DNA of 64,000 nt, from NCBI GenBank assembly GCA_019058315.1, contig JAHPZH010000001.1, positions 663,536 to 727,535 of the forward strand, in the 5' to 3' direction. The translations under genes were made by a program, and so were the position numbers. Source of the stretch: Candidatus Helarchaeota archaeon. Lineage in GTDB: Archaea; Asgardarchaeota; Lokiarchaeia; Helarchaeales; RDOG01. The notes beneath the pieces are model-generated. The model did no database searches. It saw only the letters and a program-made list of their open reading frames with translations, and was not told where the DNA came from. Below, piece by piece: positions 61,983 to 64,000 of the stretch. Position 1 is the first letter of the stretch, and the number at the start of each line of letters is the position of its first letter.

Positions 61983-63548
61983 TTATTTTCCTTCTTTGCT
62001 AGCTAGTCCTATTGCTAAAGGGATAAAAAATATTCCAGCAGTAATGCCAATTCCTATTATATCGTTCATTTGTTGGTCCCCACCGCTACTTGTAGCCAAT
62101 ATTAACATTAGTAAATCCATAGGTGAAAGTCCCTCTTCTAACCCTGCAGTAGTTGCTTCATACACTAAATTCCAACCTCCAGGTCCACCCATATATAATG
62201 CATTTCGAGTACATATCCCTGAGGCGGCTAAGGTAAATTCAACCTTAAAACTTCCAACATCCGTTGCAGTCCCATTCCATATTACCCACTTTCCAGGAAT
62301 TCCACCAGGGCTTGTATGATTGAAGCCAGGAACTGGTCCACCCATTGAAACAAATGCATATGTCATATTTACAATTGTGTGATTAGCTGCAGTAAAGTTT
62401 TGAGGTGCAATTTCTAACATTGGAATTCCCATATCGACGAAACCCATTATAAGACCATTTGAATAATAATTATATTGCCCAAAAATAGTATCATTATAAT
62501 TATCAAAAGATGCTATTGAGTTAAATGCGGCAATTAAGGTTGTTGCAAACGGGTTTGTGGTACCATATGTACTATTGTAATAACTATAATTTCCATATAA
62601 CGTATTTGCAATCCATCCATTTGGAAATATTGAGGGAGAAGAACTATTAACAGTTATAATATCGACTATAAGTTTATCACCTCTTTTTACGGGTATACCA
62701 AAACTAGGATCAACTTTGGTTATCGTATATGTCCAAGAAGCACCCGGAGAAACGGAAAATCCTCCAGATAATACTGTGGATGGAGGTAATAAGACCGTCT
62801 CAAATGTTAAATTCCAACCAATCGGGCTATTTACGTAAAATGCGTTTCTTGTGCAAAATCCGGAAGCATTAAAGGTAAATTCATATTTAAAACTAGTAGG
62901 TGTTGTAGAGGAACCATTCCAAATTTCCCACGTTCCATTTATGCTTGCTGGACTTGTGTGATTGAATGTGGGATCTGGTCCATACATTGAGAAATACGTA
63001 TAGGTTGTATTTACAATTGTGTGATTAGCTGCTGAAAAATTATTAGGAATCAATTCCATCATCGGCATTCCATTCATGTACATGAATCCAATAAGTAATC
63101 CTTGACTAAAATAATAATATTTTCCAAATAACATGTTTGAAACATTGGTATATGGGTGGGTTGAGTTGTAACCTCCAACAAAAGTTTCATTACCATCGAA
63201 AAGATCATCCCAGACTCCTGCTGTGCTGTTGAAATAAGCGTAATAACCAAATACGGTATCTGAAATCCAAGGACCTAGCGGATTTGGTTGTTGAAGCAGT
63301 GGTATTGCAGAATTATTTGTTTTGGATAATGTAATTTGAAAATGATCACCAGCAGTCATATCCAAACCAAGCGAAGGTTCACATTTTGTAATATTATAAA
63401 TCAAAGAATCACTTACAGTAACTTGGTATCCATCAGGCCCCTCTATAAAATTAGGTCCAATTGCTAGAACACGTTGAACTGGGAAAAGAAATAATAAAAA
63501 TGGAATAATTAAGGCAATCACTAGTAATAAGAATGTATTCTTTCTCAT
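61983..63548 (-). CDS. Secreted, C-terminally anchored glycoprotein with two ~220-aa internal repeats
   Basis: Signal peptide; duplicated NF(S/T)AANHTIVN, FNHTSP, IWNG, SG(F/I)CTRNA; many N-x-S/T sequons; C-terminal TM. Confidence 0.8.
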   Translation of the reverse strand: MRKNTFLLLVIALIIPFLLFLFPVQRVLAIGPNFIEGPDGYQVTVSDSLIYNITKCEPSLGLDMTAGDHFQITLSKTNNSAIPLLQQPNPLGPWISDTVFGYYAYFNSTAGVWDDLFDGNETFVGGYNSTHPYTNVSNMLFGKYYYFSQGLLIGFMYMNGMPMMELIPNNFSAANHTIVNTTYTYFSMYGPDPTFNHTSPASINGTWEIWNGSSTTPTSFKYEFTFNASGFCTRNAFYVNSPIGWNLTFETVLLPPSTVLSGGFSVSPGASWTYTITKVDPSFGIPVKRGDKLIVDIITVNSSSPSIFPNGWIANTLYGNYSYYNSTYGTTNPFATTLIAAFNSIASFDNYNDTIFGQYNYYSNGLIMGFVDMGIPMLEIAPQNFTAANHTIVNMTYAFVSMGGPVPGFNHTSPGGIPGKWVIWNGTATDVGSFKVEFTLAASGICTRNALYMGGPGGWNLVYEATTAGLEEGLSPMDLLMLILATSSGGDQQMNDIIGIGITAGIFFIPLAIGLASKEGK

Positions 63549-63697
63549 AGCATTTCAATTCTTTATTATAATTTTTAGATTAGTATAATACTAAAAAACA
63601 ACATTATTAAAATAGTTTATTTTTGGGGTTAAACATCTATAGTTAAAAAAATAAATGAAAATCCAACTTTTAAATCTAATAATAACTAGAGGAAGAA

Positions 63698-64000
63698 TTA
63701 GCTATATTTTTTAATAAGCCGTTCAACTTGCTGAACTGAAGTACCGATATAATTCTTAGGATCTAGCCATTGATCCAATTCTTGAGAAGAAATCATTTGT
63801 TTTAGATCGGGGTCTTCTAAAATTCCTTCCTTAAAATCTAGATTTTCTTTTTTACATTTAATTGCGATTTTTCTTAATTTTTCATGTGCTATTTGTCTAC
63901 TAATCCCTTTTTCAACTAATTTAACCATGATTTTTTCTGCAAATATCTGTCCTTTTGTCATTTCCAAATTATTTTTAATATTTTCATAATTAAATTCAAG
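63698..64000 (-). CDS. purB: Adenylosuccinate lyase, C-terminal part (truncated by window edge)
   Basis: NIKNNLEMTKGQIFAEKIMVKLVEKGISRQIAHEKLR...LDPKNYIG; frame open to the window end. Confidence 0.85.
   Translation of the reverse strand, partial: LEFNYENIKNNLEMTKGQIFAEKIMVKLVEKGISRQIAHEKLRKIAIKCKKENLDFKEGILEDPDLKQMISSQELDQWLDPKNYIGTSVQQVERLIKKYS

Noticed and set aside
1168-62319. Numerous short antisense or nested ORFs in the track (e.g. 1168..1404, 6811..7104, 18703..19053, 40493..41149, 41283..41750, 61996..62319)
   Set aside because: They overlap well-supported genes and have shadow-frame composition with no motifs.
1-64000. tRNA, rRNA, IS elements or proviral genes
   Set aside because: No GC-rich structured RNA-like stretch, transposase, integrase or capsid motif was recognised by eye; tRNAscan/Infernal were not run.

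Overview
Low-GC archaeal chromosomal segment, most likely from an Asgard archaeon (Lokiarchaeia/Helarchaeales-like). The assignment rests on archaeal gatDE, Asgard-type longin-like domain fusions and ubiquitin-fold proteins. The standout is a tightly packed 7-gene operon at 121-7910. It encodes a UFM1-like ubiquitin-fold modifier, two UFC1-like E2 enzymes that each keep a candidate catalytic Cys, a catalytically degenerate AAA+ protein with a C-terminal HTH, and a complete SMC-ScpA-ScpB complex. This looks like a UFMylation-like conjugation module genetically coupled to a chromosome-organising SMC machine. The rest is housekeeping and metabolism (trxB, gatDE, LutB-CCG, DapA-family, KDG kinase, IlvD, CrtI-like, ABC exporter, ogg, purB fragment) plus surface and membrane proteins. 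The latter include a DUF285 repeat protein, a frameshifted giant surface protein and a tandem zinc-ribbon membrane family with orphan tails. Two DUF72 proteins carry PIP boxes, and at least two genes need a non-canonical (ATT/ATA) start. No rRNA, tRNA, CRISPR array or transposase was recognised. All family assignments come from motif recognition by eye, with reference sequences recalled from memory; no searches were run.
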